A stretch of 64,000 nt of DNA, taken from contig JBGAHS010000005.1 of assembly GCA_044226015.1 (NCBI GenBank), forward strand, positions 640,001 through 704,000. The letters are read 5' to 3'. The translations under genes were made by a program, and so were the position numbers. The DNA is from Candidatus Obscuribacteraceae bacterium. Its GTDB lineage: Bacteria > Cyanobacteriota > Vampirovibrionia > Obscuribacterales > Obscuribacteraceae. Shown here one piece after another: positions 1 to 8,335 of the stretch (positions within the stretch are counted from its first letter, which is position 1; the number at the start of each line of letters is the position of its first letter). A model generated the notes under the pieces. That model did not search any database, was not told the DNA's origin, and saw only the letters and a program-made list of their open reading frames with translations.

Positions 1-106
1 TCTTGTCCGCATCGAGAAATTAAAGCAGATGAACCGACGTTATCGATTCATCTGCTATCTTGCGCCAATCAAGTCTGTTTAGTGTTGTTACTCAATCGTT
101 GTCGCC

Positions 107-240
107 ATCATTGTCGCTACTGGATCATCCCCGCTACTGGATCATCGCCGCTACTGGATCATCGCCGCTACTGGATCACCGTCGCTACTGGATCATCGAC
201 GCTACTGGATCATTGTCGCTACTGGATCACCGTCGCTACT
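107..240. repeat. 17-bp tandem repeat (GCTACTGGATCAYYSNC), 7 full copies plus partial flanks
   Basis: Units start at 116 every 17 bp; the last partial unit contains the TAG stop of the 236..1303 ORF. Confidence 0.95.
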
Positions 241-1303
241 CTTTCTTGAGCAATTCTCGAATGTCGTCCCATTTGTATTCCCGCGGATTTGCGATTCTAA
301 TTGGCGCATGAATCTCTGATTTCACGCGGGTTCTGATATCCTTACTTAAAGACATTCGGTCTTCCTCTTGTCCGCCTTTCGATTTCAATGAAAGGTCCAT
401 AGAAATGCCATCTTTTTTAGTTGTGATTTTCTGAGGATAGTAGTATATGTCCAGGTTCCTGTCCTTAGGCATTGGATGGTGAATCTCTGTGCTTTCTGAT
501 GTCCATTGTCCGATCTTTCCATCTAGCTTCATGCCGCTCGGCTCCAGCTTTTTGTTAATCGCGGCAACTAGTTTTTCGAAGGACTCCTTCCCTGCCAAAC
601 CCGCTTCCTCGAACATCTTTTGCATTCTTTCTTTTTTTGGACCATAAGCAAAGTCAGTGTTTCGCACCAGTATGGTGGCAATGTCGCTGGCGTATTTTTC
701 TATTGTGGCGTCTTCAAGTTTCTTGCCGGGATCTACTTTGTCGGTTACCGTCCACTCATCTTTGCCTTCTGGCTTTATGTTTAACAGCTTGAGCAAATCA
801 AGAAGGGAGTCGTCACTGCTTTTTGGTTTCTCTGAACTCGGCAGCTCATCAGAATTTCTTGTGACCTGTTTAGACGGCGGATACATCGATGCATCTGCAT
901 ACGGTAGAGGCTCGTTGGAAAGGTCCTTTGTTCCCGTCAGATTGAGACTCTTGAACAGCTCTTTAATGCTGGGAATTTCCGTAAGTGCTCTACTTCGCGA
1001 TTTTCCGTTGGTCGGTGACGCTGCGTCTTCTTCCTTGCGATCTTTAGATGTTTTTGGCAATCCTCTGTCATCAACGAAAGGAGGATACATAGACGCATCA
1101 GCATAAGGTAGTGGTGGCAGCTCTTTCTTTTGCGGGTTCTTCTCAACGGGGCTTTCGCTCGCCGTTTTCGTTTTTTGATTTCCTGATGGAGGCGCCGCAA
1201 AAATTTCCTTAGATATGCACGAAAATATATCTTCCGGCTTCTGATTGCGCTCATCCGTGTCTTCTGTATTTCTCAGTGCTGGTGAATTATCGACTTCTCT
1301 CAT
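236..1303 (-). CDS. Hypothetical protein, paralog of 22158..23012
   Basis: 355-aa ORF with AGGAG upstream; shares the YA..IA.I...DFAYG...E......EA..AG.ESF.KL...NK.LE..G.K block with the 22-kb ORF; LPYADASMYPP occurs twice. Confidence 0.8.
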   Translation of the reverse strand: MREVDNSPALRNTEDTDERNQKPEDIFSCISKEIFAAPPSGNQKTKTASESPVEKNPQKKELPPLPYADASMYPPFVDDRGLPKTSKDRKEEDAASPTNGKSRSRALTEIPSIKELFKSLNLTGTKDLSNEPLPYADASMYPPSKQVTRNSDELPSSEKPKSSDDSLLDLLKLLNIKPEGKDEWTVTDKVDPGKKLEDATIEKYASDIATILVRNTDFAYGPKKERMQKMFEEAGLAGKESFEKLVAAINKKLEPSGMKLDGKIGQWTSESTEIHHPMPKDRNLDIYYYPQKITTKKDGISMDLSLKSKGGQEEDRMSLSKDIRTRVKSEIHAPIRIANPREYKWDDIRELLKKE

Positions 1304-1528
1304 TCTTGCGCTCCTTCTAAGTCAGATCCGCGTGCGCGGATACTTTCAATTAGCGCAATCAACTCGATGAACTGTAATACACTTTTTTTTCAAGAAATAG
1401 ACTGCGCAAGTCCGCAAATCTCTATCAGTAATACGACAGCAGTATTTTGATATTGTCTTGTGATATTCGCTTGTTACAATAGAGAGAGATTTCGGCGCGA
1501 TGGCGTTTGAAGCAATGGAGAATTCAGT

Positions 1529-1969
1529 TTGCACAGCGGCGCCATACCATTAGTAATTTGTTTCTTCCTCCTGCCGCTAATGCGCTTTCTGACTCGTGCC
1601 GCAGAAGCCGATAAAATTATGAATTTCGGCAAGAAGCCATCTCCAAGGGTGATGAAGCTAGATTTGGAAACGTTTCCCTATGCGATGGGTTTGATAATTC
1701 TGGCGATTATGGCTTTTCTTGCGGCTCCCGTTACCGCCATGGTGATAGTTGCATATGCCGCACGGCGCGCTGTCTTCTTGTTAGTTTGGGCTTGCAAGAA
1801 GATGATGCTGAAGGAAAAGGCGCCAGCAAAGCTGCAAGCCGCAATTCCTATGAAATTATTTGCTGCTGGGGTCGCACTTCTGGTTTGTTGCGGATTTGCA
1901 GTTTATTCCTGTTATTGGCTCGAAACAACAAAGTTTGATTCGACGCCTCCGATGCTTTATCGCACGTAA
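1529..1969 (+). CDS. Hypothetical membrane protein (start may be ATG 1619)
   Basis: ORF with 2-3 hydrophobic segments. Confidence 0.55.
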   Translation: MHSGAIPLVICFFLLPLMRFLTRAAEADKIMNFGKKPSPRVMKLDLETFPYAMGLIILAIMAFLAAPVTAMVIVAYAARRAVFLLVWACKKMMLKEKAPAKLQAAIPMKLFAAGVALLVCCGFAVYSCYWLETTKFDSTPPMLYRT

Positions 1970-2126
1970 AAGTGAGTGCCCAATTAAAGTGGGTCTGCGA
2001 AAGCTAGCGAAAAAGGCAAACTGGTCGGAATTAAATGATGAATCCTTCTGAAAAGATAGAGCAAAGAATGACAATCTGGGCAAATCTTGTGTAGTATCAC
2101 AATTTCTAAAGTGGCAACGAGACAAG

Positions 2127-4460
2127 ATGGAACTGAAAGCAAGCCCAGGCAAGAGTTATCCCTTAGGGTGCACCATCATGCCTGATGGTGTTAATTTCGT
2201 AGTCTATGCAAAAAGAGCTGACTATCTTGAGCTGCTACTTTTTGACAACGAAGATAGCGATGCGCCCTCTGCTGTATACAAACTCAGCGCCGAGGAGAAC
2301 CTTACCTCGAACTACTGGCACGTTTTCATTGCTGGGTGCAAAGCAAATCAGCACTATGGCTGGCGTGCTTATGGTCCATATGAGCCTGAGCAGGGGCTAT
2401 TGTACGATGCTCACAAAATACTTATTGACCCGTATGCACGCGGTGTTGTTGGATGGAAAAACTACTCCAGAGATGCAGCAATGGTGCCAGGCGATAACTG
2501 TGCGAACGCATTGAAGTCCGTGGTGCTTGATACCAGTCTTTATGATTGGGAGCATGACCGCCCGCCTGCGATTCCTTTCTCAGAAACGATCATATATGAA
2601 ATGCATCCTGCAGGATTTACGCTTAATCCTAACTCCGGATTGCGAGAAGACATTCGCGGAACCTTTGCGGGAATCATCGAGCAAATTCCGTATTTGAAAT
2701 CGCTTGGTGTCACTACGGTAGAGTTGATGCCGGTTCATACTTTCGATAAGTTTGACGCGCCGATTGGGCGTACAAATTACTGGGGCTATAGCCCTATCAA
2801 CTTCTTTTCGCCGCACATGGCATATAGTTCAAAGCGCACAGCCATTGAAGCTGCTGATGAATTTAGAGATATGGTGAAGGCGTTTCATAAAAACAAAATC
2901 GAAGTGATTCTCGATGTTGTGTTCAATCACACTGGAGAAGGGGGAGCTGCAGGACCCATTTTGTCCTTCAAGGGACTCGATAATCTGACCTATTACACGC
3001 TCGATGAAAATGACTTTTCGTATCAGGACTTTAGCGGTTGCGGTAATTCCTTGAGGTCCGAACATCCAATTGTTGGACAGTTGATTCTCGACTCTTTGAG
3101 GTATTGGGTCTCAGAGATGCATGTTGATGGTTTTCGTTTTGATCTTGCATCTGTTCTTTCTCGTGATCTCTTTGGCAAGCCAGCTGAGCGACCTCCGGTA
3201 CTCTGGGCAATTGAGTCAGATCCTATTCTTGCATCCTCAAAATTGATTCTCGAAGCCTGGGACCCAGCCGGACTTTATCAGGTTGGTTGGTATGTAAGGC
3301 GTTCCAATAGATTCGCTGAATGGAACGGACCATTTCGAGATGATGTTAGAAAATTTGTCAGAGGTGACTCGAATTCTGTTTATTCTCTATCGCAAAGAAT
3401 CAGTGGAAGCAAAGACATTTATGGGAAGAGCGATTGGGACCCTGCAAGAAGCATTCACTTTATCACCTGCCATGATGGATTCACTTTGAATGATGTCGTT
3501 AGTTACAATCAGAAGCACAACGAAGCAAATGGTGAAGACAACAGAGACGGCAGCAACGAAAATTTCAGTTGGAACTGCGGCGTCGAGGGTCCGACAGATG
3601 ACGAAGAAGTTGAAGCGCTGAGGATTCAGCAAATCAAGAATATGCTGACGATTTTGTTTCTTGCGCCGGGTACTCCGATGCTCTCAATGGGTGATGAACT
3701 GCGAAGAACGGCGCGGGGTAACAATAATGCATACTGTCAGAACAGTGAGCTGAGCTGGTTCGATTGGAGTCAACGTTCGACCAATCGTGAGACATTCTTG
3801 TTTACGAGAAATTTGATTGCATTGCGCAAGATGCTTGGGCTTTATAAGAAGAACTATTTGTGGCAAGAGAGCGATGGTGATGGTCGGCATGCTCGCGGTG
3901 ATAATCCTAAGTCGGTGAGCGGTAGGTATGCACGAGCTGCTTCTGATAATGTAAGCTCCGCGGGTGGTGCGCGTGCTCAAGGTAGTGGTGCAAATGCTGC
4001 TGATGGTGAGCATGCTCAAACTGGTCCTAACTTCAACTCAGTGGACTCAGAACCGATGACTTTACTAAAGTGGCATGGTGTGAAGCTTGACCATCCAGAT
4101 GTTTATCCTCAGTCTCACAGTCTTGCTATGGAACTAAAAGACACTAGAAACTTTGAGCACCTGTATGCTGCATTCAATGCTTATTGGGAGCCACTTGAGT
4201 TTGAACTTCCACATCCTCTCAAAGGTGATACCTGGCAGAAAGTTGTTGACACATCAATGTTGAATCTCAACGAGATCAGACATTCTGATGCGATGATTGT
4301 TTCCACGTCGAAGCTAGTCGTACAAGCGCGTTCTACGATTGTACTAGTGAATTCGAATACGCTGATTGCCGATGGAACCAAACTGGTTAAGGCTGGTGCT
4401 TCGATAAGCCGCCCCGATATGAAGATCACCTGGACGGCACCGAAGCCTGATTTCGACTAA
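2127..4460 (+). CDS. glgX: Glycogen debranching enzyme (isoamylase, GH13)
   Basis: NYWGY, DVVFNH, DGFRFDLA, EAWD, CHDGFTL, GNNNAYCQ motifs. Confidence 0.95.
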   Translation: MELKASPGKSYPLGCTIMPDGVNFVVYAKRADYLELLLFDNEDSDAPSAVYKLSAEENLTSNYWHVFIAGCKANQHYGWRAYGPYEPEQGLLYDAHKILIDPYARGVVGWKNYSRDAAMVPGDNCANALKSVVLDTSLYDWEHDRPPAIPFSETIIYEMHPAGFTLNPNSGLREDIRGTFAGIIEQIPYLKSLGVTTVELMPVHTFDKFDAPIGRTNYWGYSPINFFSPHMAYSSKRTAIEAADEFRDMVKAFHKNKIEVILDVVFNHTGEGGAAGPILSFKGLDNLTYYTLDENDFSYQDFSGCGNSLRSEHPIVGQLILDSLRYWVSEMHVDGFRFDLASVLSRDLFGKPAERPPVLWAIESDPILASSKLILEAWDPAGLYQVGWYVRRSNRFAEWNGPFRDDVRKFVRGDSNSVYSLSQRISGSKDIYGKSDWDPARSIHFITCHDGFTLNDVVSYNQKHNEANGEDNRDGSNENFSWNCGVEGPTDDEEVEALRIQQIKNMLTILFLAPGTPMLSMGDELRRTARGNNNAYCQNSELSWFDWSQRSTNRETFLFTRNLIALRKMLGLYKKNYLWQESDGDGRHARGDNPKSVSGRYARAASDNVSSAGGARAQGSGANAADGEHAQTGPNFNSVDSEPMTLLKWHGVKLDHPDVYPQSHSLAMELKDTRNFEHLYAAFNAYWEPLEFELPHPLKGDTWQKVVDTSMLNLNEIRHSDAMIVSTSKLVVQARSTIVLVNSNTLIADGTKLVKAGASISRPDMKITWTAPKPDFD

Positions 4461-4580
4461 TCCATTAGAAGCAAGTTAACTTCGTGCTACGAACTTGACC
4501 AACCATCACTGGTGGTGAGTCCGACTCTCGAAGAGCAATTCTCCTCTATCTCAGAGCTGCCGCCGTAAGATAGTCCATCT

Positions 4581-5018
4581 TTAGGCGCTGGGTACAGCAT
4601 TTACTGCGACTCCTAACCGTTTCATAGCAGCAACAATTTTGTCCCAGCTTTGCTTGCGGTAAATCTTGCTTGCTTTTGTCCCAGCAGAGAGTCCACTTTC
4701 CGTGAGAATTATTACTCGTCCGTATGGCCATGAGGATACAGGCAAGCTAACAAGAAAATTCTCAATTCCTTCAGGCTTCAGTTCCTTGTGTTTTTGCCTA
4801 CTGTTCCAGCTGACAGCCACAGTATTGTCGTAAATTGTTATAGACGGATTGCTCCACTTCTCGGGAGGAACACGCGCTACCTTCTCTAACGAAGCTGCTT
4901 TGATCTCAGGATTTAGAACCATTACTTGGTCTCTCCCTTCACTTGGCTCTGCTACAAAGAAAAGGAACGCTATGAGTATGAGCACGGTCATGTCCATGTG
5001 TTTCATAAAGAACCTCAA
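4581..5018 (-). CDS. Hypothetical exported protein
   Basis: N-terminal signal-like hydrophobic stretch; downstream of serS on the same strand. Confidence 0.6.
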   Translation of the reverse strand: MRFFMKHMDMTVLILIAFLFFVAEPSEGRDQVMVLNPEIKAASLEKVARVPPEKWSNPSITIYDNTVAVSWNSRQKHKELKPEGIENFLVSLPVSSWPYGRVIILTESGLSAGTKASKIYRKQSWDKIVAAMKRLGVAVNAVPSA

Positions 5019-5103
5019 CTTTGATAGTACCAGTTATATTAGTCGAACTGCGTATAGTTTGTATCTAGGAATCACCCTAAGATCATCTGATCATGGCGGC
5101 TTC

Positions 5104-6369
5104 TCATTCCAATAGCTCTCTTCCATTCAGATATGGTCGCAACGCTGCTGGAATGTATATGCTGCCATCGGCTTGTTGATGATTCTCAAGAAAGGGAATC
5201 AGTATGCGCGGTGAAGCAATTGCAGTGTTATTCAATGTGTGTGCGAATCGCTTTTTACCATTCTCATCGATGAACTTAATTCCCATGCGCCTGGCTTGAA
5301 AGTCGTTCATAGTTGAGCATGAATGCGTTTCTCCGTATGCATTTCGGCTCGGCATCCATGTTTCAATGTCGTGTTTGCGAACCTGTCCCTGACCAAGGTC
5401 ACCTGTGCAAACCGCGACAATTCTGTAGGGGAATTCTAGCGCTTGCAATATTTCCTCAGCATTCAACAGTAATTCGTCGTGGAGTAATCTGGTTTGTGCT
5501 GGGTCGTTAGTTGCAATAATGACTTGCTCTACCTTTTGAAACTGGTGCACTCGGTAAAGCCCACGTGTGTCTTTGCCTGCTGCCCCCGCCTCACGGCGAA
5601 AGCAAGTTGAGATGCCAGCCATTTTAAGTGGCAGTTCCTCGGGCTTATAAGTGTTGTTTGCTCTCATGGCTACTAGCGGAACCTCTGCAGTTCCCGCCAA
5701 ATAGTATTGGTCACGCTCAAGAGCATACGCGTTTTCTGCTCCCAGTGGAAAATAGCCTGTACCAGTCATTGCGTTTTCACGCACCAAAAGTGGTGGTACC
5801 ACAAGTTGAAATCCTTTCTCTATCAATCTATCAACGGCAAATCGCATGAGTGCCATCTCTAACAGAGCACCAAAGCCGGTGAGCGCATAAGCTCTCGCTC
5901 CTGCAAAGCTTCGAATGTTTTCGAATTCTGCGAGCTTATGTCGCTGCGCTAGTGTTAGGTGGTCTTGCAGTTCAAAGTTAGCTAACCTGGGCGTTCTCCA
6001 TTTGCGAAGCTCCAGATTCTCCGTGACATCTGCACCATCTGGGGTGTCATCCGTTGGAATGCTGGGAACACGCAAGAGTTCAATGTCTAATCTGACTTGG
6101 TTTTGTCTGAGTTGTCTTTCCTTTTCCTCAAGTTCCTCAGCTAATTGACGTGCATTCTCTATGTGCTTTTCTCGCTCTTCGCCGAGCAATCCTTTCGTAA
6201 TTTCTGCCCGTCGATTGCGTTCTTCACGCAGTTTCTCAATGTCTGCGCGCTGTTGGCGACATTGTTTGTCCAATTGGACTATCAGTTCAATGTCAACCTC
6301 TATTCGCTTCCGCCTGGCAGCATCAGCGAATAGCTGTGGCGTTGTTCTTATGGCGTTTATATCTATCAT
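5104..6369 (-). CDS. serS: Serine--tRNA ligase
   Basis: N-terminal coiled arm, GTAEVP, FRREAG...GLYRVHQFQKVEQ, ETHSCS, HTLNNTAIASPR; AGGAG RBS. Confidence 0.97.
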   Translation of the reverse strand: MIDINAIRTTPQLFADAARRKRIEVDIELIVQLDKQCRQQRADIEKLREERNRRAEITKGLLGEEREKHIENARQLAEELEEKERQLRQNQVRLDIELLRVPSIPTDDTPDGADVTENLELRKWRTPRLANFELQDHLTLAQRHKLAEFENIRSFAGARAYALTGFGALLEMALMRFAVDRLIEKGFQLVVPPLLVRENAMTGTGYFPLGAENAYALERDQYYLAGTAEVPLVAMRANNTYKPEELPLKMAGISTCFRREAGAAGKDTRGLYRVHQFQKVEQVIIATNDPAQTRLLHDELLLNAEEILQALEFPYRIVAVCTGDLGQGQVRKHDIETWMPSRNAYGETHSCSTMNDFQARRMGIKFIDENGKKRFAHTLNNTAIASPRILIPFLENHQQADGSIYIPAALRPYLNGRELLE

Positions 6370-6408
6370 AACTTCTCTCCTTGAATTTTCTGCAAGACAA
6401 GGACCGCC

Positions 6409-6443
6409 AAAAACAAAAACAGCGAGCCTTGTGTGGCGCGCTG
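6409..6443 (-). terminator. Intrinsic terminator of the serS leader (attenuator)
   Basis: Minus strand CAGCGCGCC-ACACAA-GGCTCGCTG followed by TTTTTGTTTTT, 40 nt before the serS ATG. Confidence 0.85.
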
Positions 6444-6494
6444 AATATCGTTACTCTAATGTCCGTTAGAACTGCACGTAATCGCTCGCCTTCG

Positions 6495-6542
6495 TTATTT
6501 CGAAGACGACGAGGAAAATTGTAGGTGTGCAAATTTGTCCAT
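6495..6542 (-). CDS. serS leader peptide MDKFAHLQFSSSSSK (five tandem Ser codons)
   Basis: ATG GAC AAA TTT GCA CAC CTA CAA TTT TCC TCG TCG TCT TCG AAA TAA read directly; lies between a promoter and a terminator upstream of serS. Confidence 0.85.
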   Translation of the reverse strand: MDKFAHLQFSSSSSK

Positions 6543-6548
6543 AATCTC

Positions 6549-6576
6549 AGTATATGTGTGTTTCAGTTTGAGTCAA
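6549..6576 (-). promoter_or_regulatory. Sigma70-type promoter of the serS leader
   Basis: TTGACT (6576-6571) - 16 bp - TATACT (6554-6549); the leader ATG starts 7 nt after the -10 box. Confidence 0.75.
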
Positions 6577-6583
6577 CCAATGA

Positions 6584-7360
6584 TTAACGTTTGCGAAGTT
6601 TGTCAACAAAATTGTTTTGCATTGATGCATCAACGAATTTCGGCAAAGGTTGGCTACCCAGAAAGTGTCTGAACACTGCATTGTATTTGAGATATGACCC
6701 TCGTTCTTTCGCATTCGCTATAGCCCAAATTTCCTTTTCCGAGAGTTTCGGTGGATGTTGATTCAATTGATTTGCTGCATAAATCGCAAATCCTTCAAAG
6801 AACCACATAGGACCCATTTTTTCTTCTTTGCCTTTGCAGATGCGCACGTGCAATCTATGCGCGAATTCGTGTGTGATCAATTTTCTAAAAGCATTTGGTT
6901 CTGACTTTCCATCAGGGTAATTGGCGAAGTAAACGTCTGGCGAAACTGCAAGTAGTATGCCGCCCTCAATCGCTGCCGAGAATGTTTTGGGAATGTCCTT
7001 TGGGGCATCTGGAACAATCTGTCGCAACCTTGCATCCCACTCGGGCTTTGTAGCATAAATTTCGGCAGAGTCGGCCAGTGGCTTGCTCATCAATTGAGAC
7101 CAGCCATTCTTCTCAGCAAAAACGTGCAAATTCCTTTGCGCTTCTATTATCTCGTTGCGAAGTTCATTTCGGCGAGGCTCAAGCGATTCAGAAAGCTTTA
7201 AGGAGAAGTCGAAAACCCCAGGCTCTATTTGTTTTGGTGCCGAGACAGTGATTTTGGCTTCATTGGAATTATTCATCTTCTGATGAGGTGATGTTATTCC
7301 TTGCTGAGTTGGAACGGCTATGCATGTGACAATTATGAGGGCGGGAATATATTTGAGCAT
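6584..7360 (-). CDS. Exported zinc metallopeptidase-like protein (gluzincin/MA-like)
   Basis: Signal peptide; HEFAH followed by WFFEGFA. Confidence 0.7.
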   Translation of the reverse strand: MLKYIPALIIVTCIAVPTQQGITSPHQKMNNSNEAKITVSAPKQIEPGVFDFSLKLSESLEPRRNELRNEIIEAQRNLHVFAEKNGWSQLMSKPLADSAEIYATKPEWDARLRQIVPDAPKDIPKTFSAAIEGGILLAVSPDVYFANYPDGKSEPNAFRKLITHEFAHRLHVRICKGKEEKMGPMWFFEGFAIYAANQLNQHPPKLSEKEIWAIANAKERGSYLKYNAVFRHFLGSQPLPKFVDASMQNNFVDKLRKR

Positions 7361-7433
7361 ATGGAATCTTGTCTTCGGGCTGTGATGACATAGATCTGCC
7401 GAGAGGCGGTAACAGACTTTACGTTAGTGCAGC

Positions 7434-7883
7434 TTGGCATTATTATGTGGAGGAGTAAAATTAATTCCATCTTCCTTTGTCAGTCTATATAGTGGCAGGT
7501 CTATTTTGTTTGTTGTTGAGCGAAGAATTTTGTTTTGGATGAAGGCGTTTTTGGTTGTAGCAGCCGTCACTGTGCTTGTATCGGCTTTGATTCAATTATC
7601 ATTGCCGGGGTTTTTCAATGTGCCTGAACCAAATACGGTGCAAACGGCAACGCCTGGTCCAGGTGACGAGCACTTCAACGTTTTGATGTTTAGTTTATAC
7701 GGCTTCGAAGCCATTGGCGTCTGGTTCGCCATAACCATCGTGGTTCTAATTATGTGCAAGAAATTTGCTGCAAGCCAGAGGCAAGCATTATCTGGAATGT
7801 CCGTGGCTGTGTTGATGACCTCCATGTCGCTTCCTCAGTTTGTGTTGAATGCTTTGAGCATGATCCATAAGTTCATTCAGTAG
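7434..7883 (+). CDS. Hypothetical membrane protein (start may be ATG 7539)
   Basis: Three hydrophobic segments. Confidence 0.5.
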   Translation: MALLCGGVKLIPSSFVSLYSGRSILFVVERRILFWMKAFLVVAAVTVLVSALIQLSLPGFFNVPEPNTVQTATPGPGDEHFNVLMFSLYGFEAIGVWFAITIVVLIMCKKFAASQRQALSGMSVAVLMTSMSLPQFVLNALSMIHKFIQ

Positions 7884-8335
7884 CGCAAGGAAATATTTTT
7901 CTAGCGCCGAGAGATTATTTTATAAAGCCGGATAATTTTCTTCAGGAATAACCGTACTGAGGTACTTCTATTTCACAAACATGTTGCAATATCATTATGC
8001 GGAGCCGACACCGGAAGCAGCGTAAAAGACGATATTCAGATGATGAAAGACGGCGCCGAAGCTCTGCTACAAGCCCCGATTGTTGCGGCTAATGGCATTT
8101 ATAGCCTCTTTGCTCCTACCTCGAAGAGACATCGATAATCTCCTCATTTAAGTTTGGTTGCTCGATGCGCCGTGTTTATTCACGGCGCATCCTGGTTTTT
8201 CCAGGACAATGTCCCTGATTGTGATATTGCGGTGAAGACCCGCCGGGACGCTTTTACTGACATCTTCACTCTGCTATATTTTAGGCGAGTTGGCTTGTTA
8301 ACTCAGGAACTTTGCTCTGCTGGGCAAGAGGAAGA

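Noticed and set aside
107..240. CRISPR array
   Set aside because: 17-bp period with only 5 variable bases, no spacers, and no cas genes in the window.
6370..6580. T-box riboswitch upstream of serS
   Set aside because: No GGTGGNACC T-box motif or stem I seen; the leader-peptide model explains the structure.
7884..8140. Continuation of the 7434 ORF or a separate small gene
   Set aside because: Three in-frame stops precede an open stretch with no convincing start or recognisable homology.
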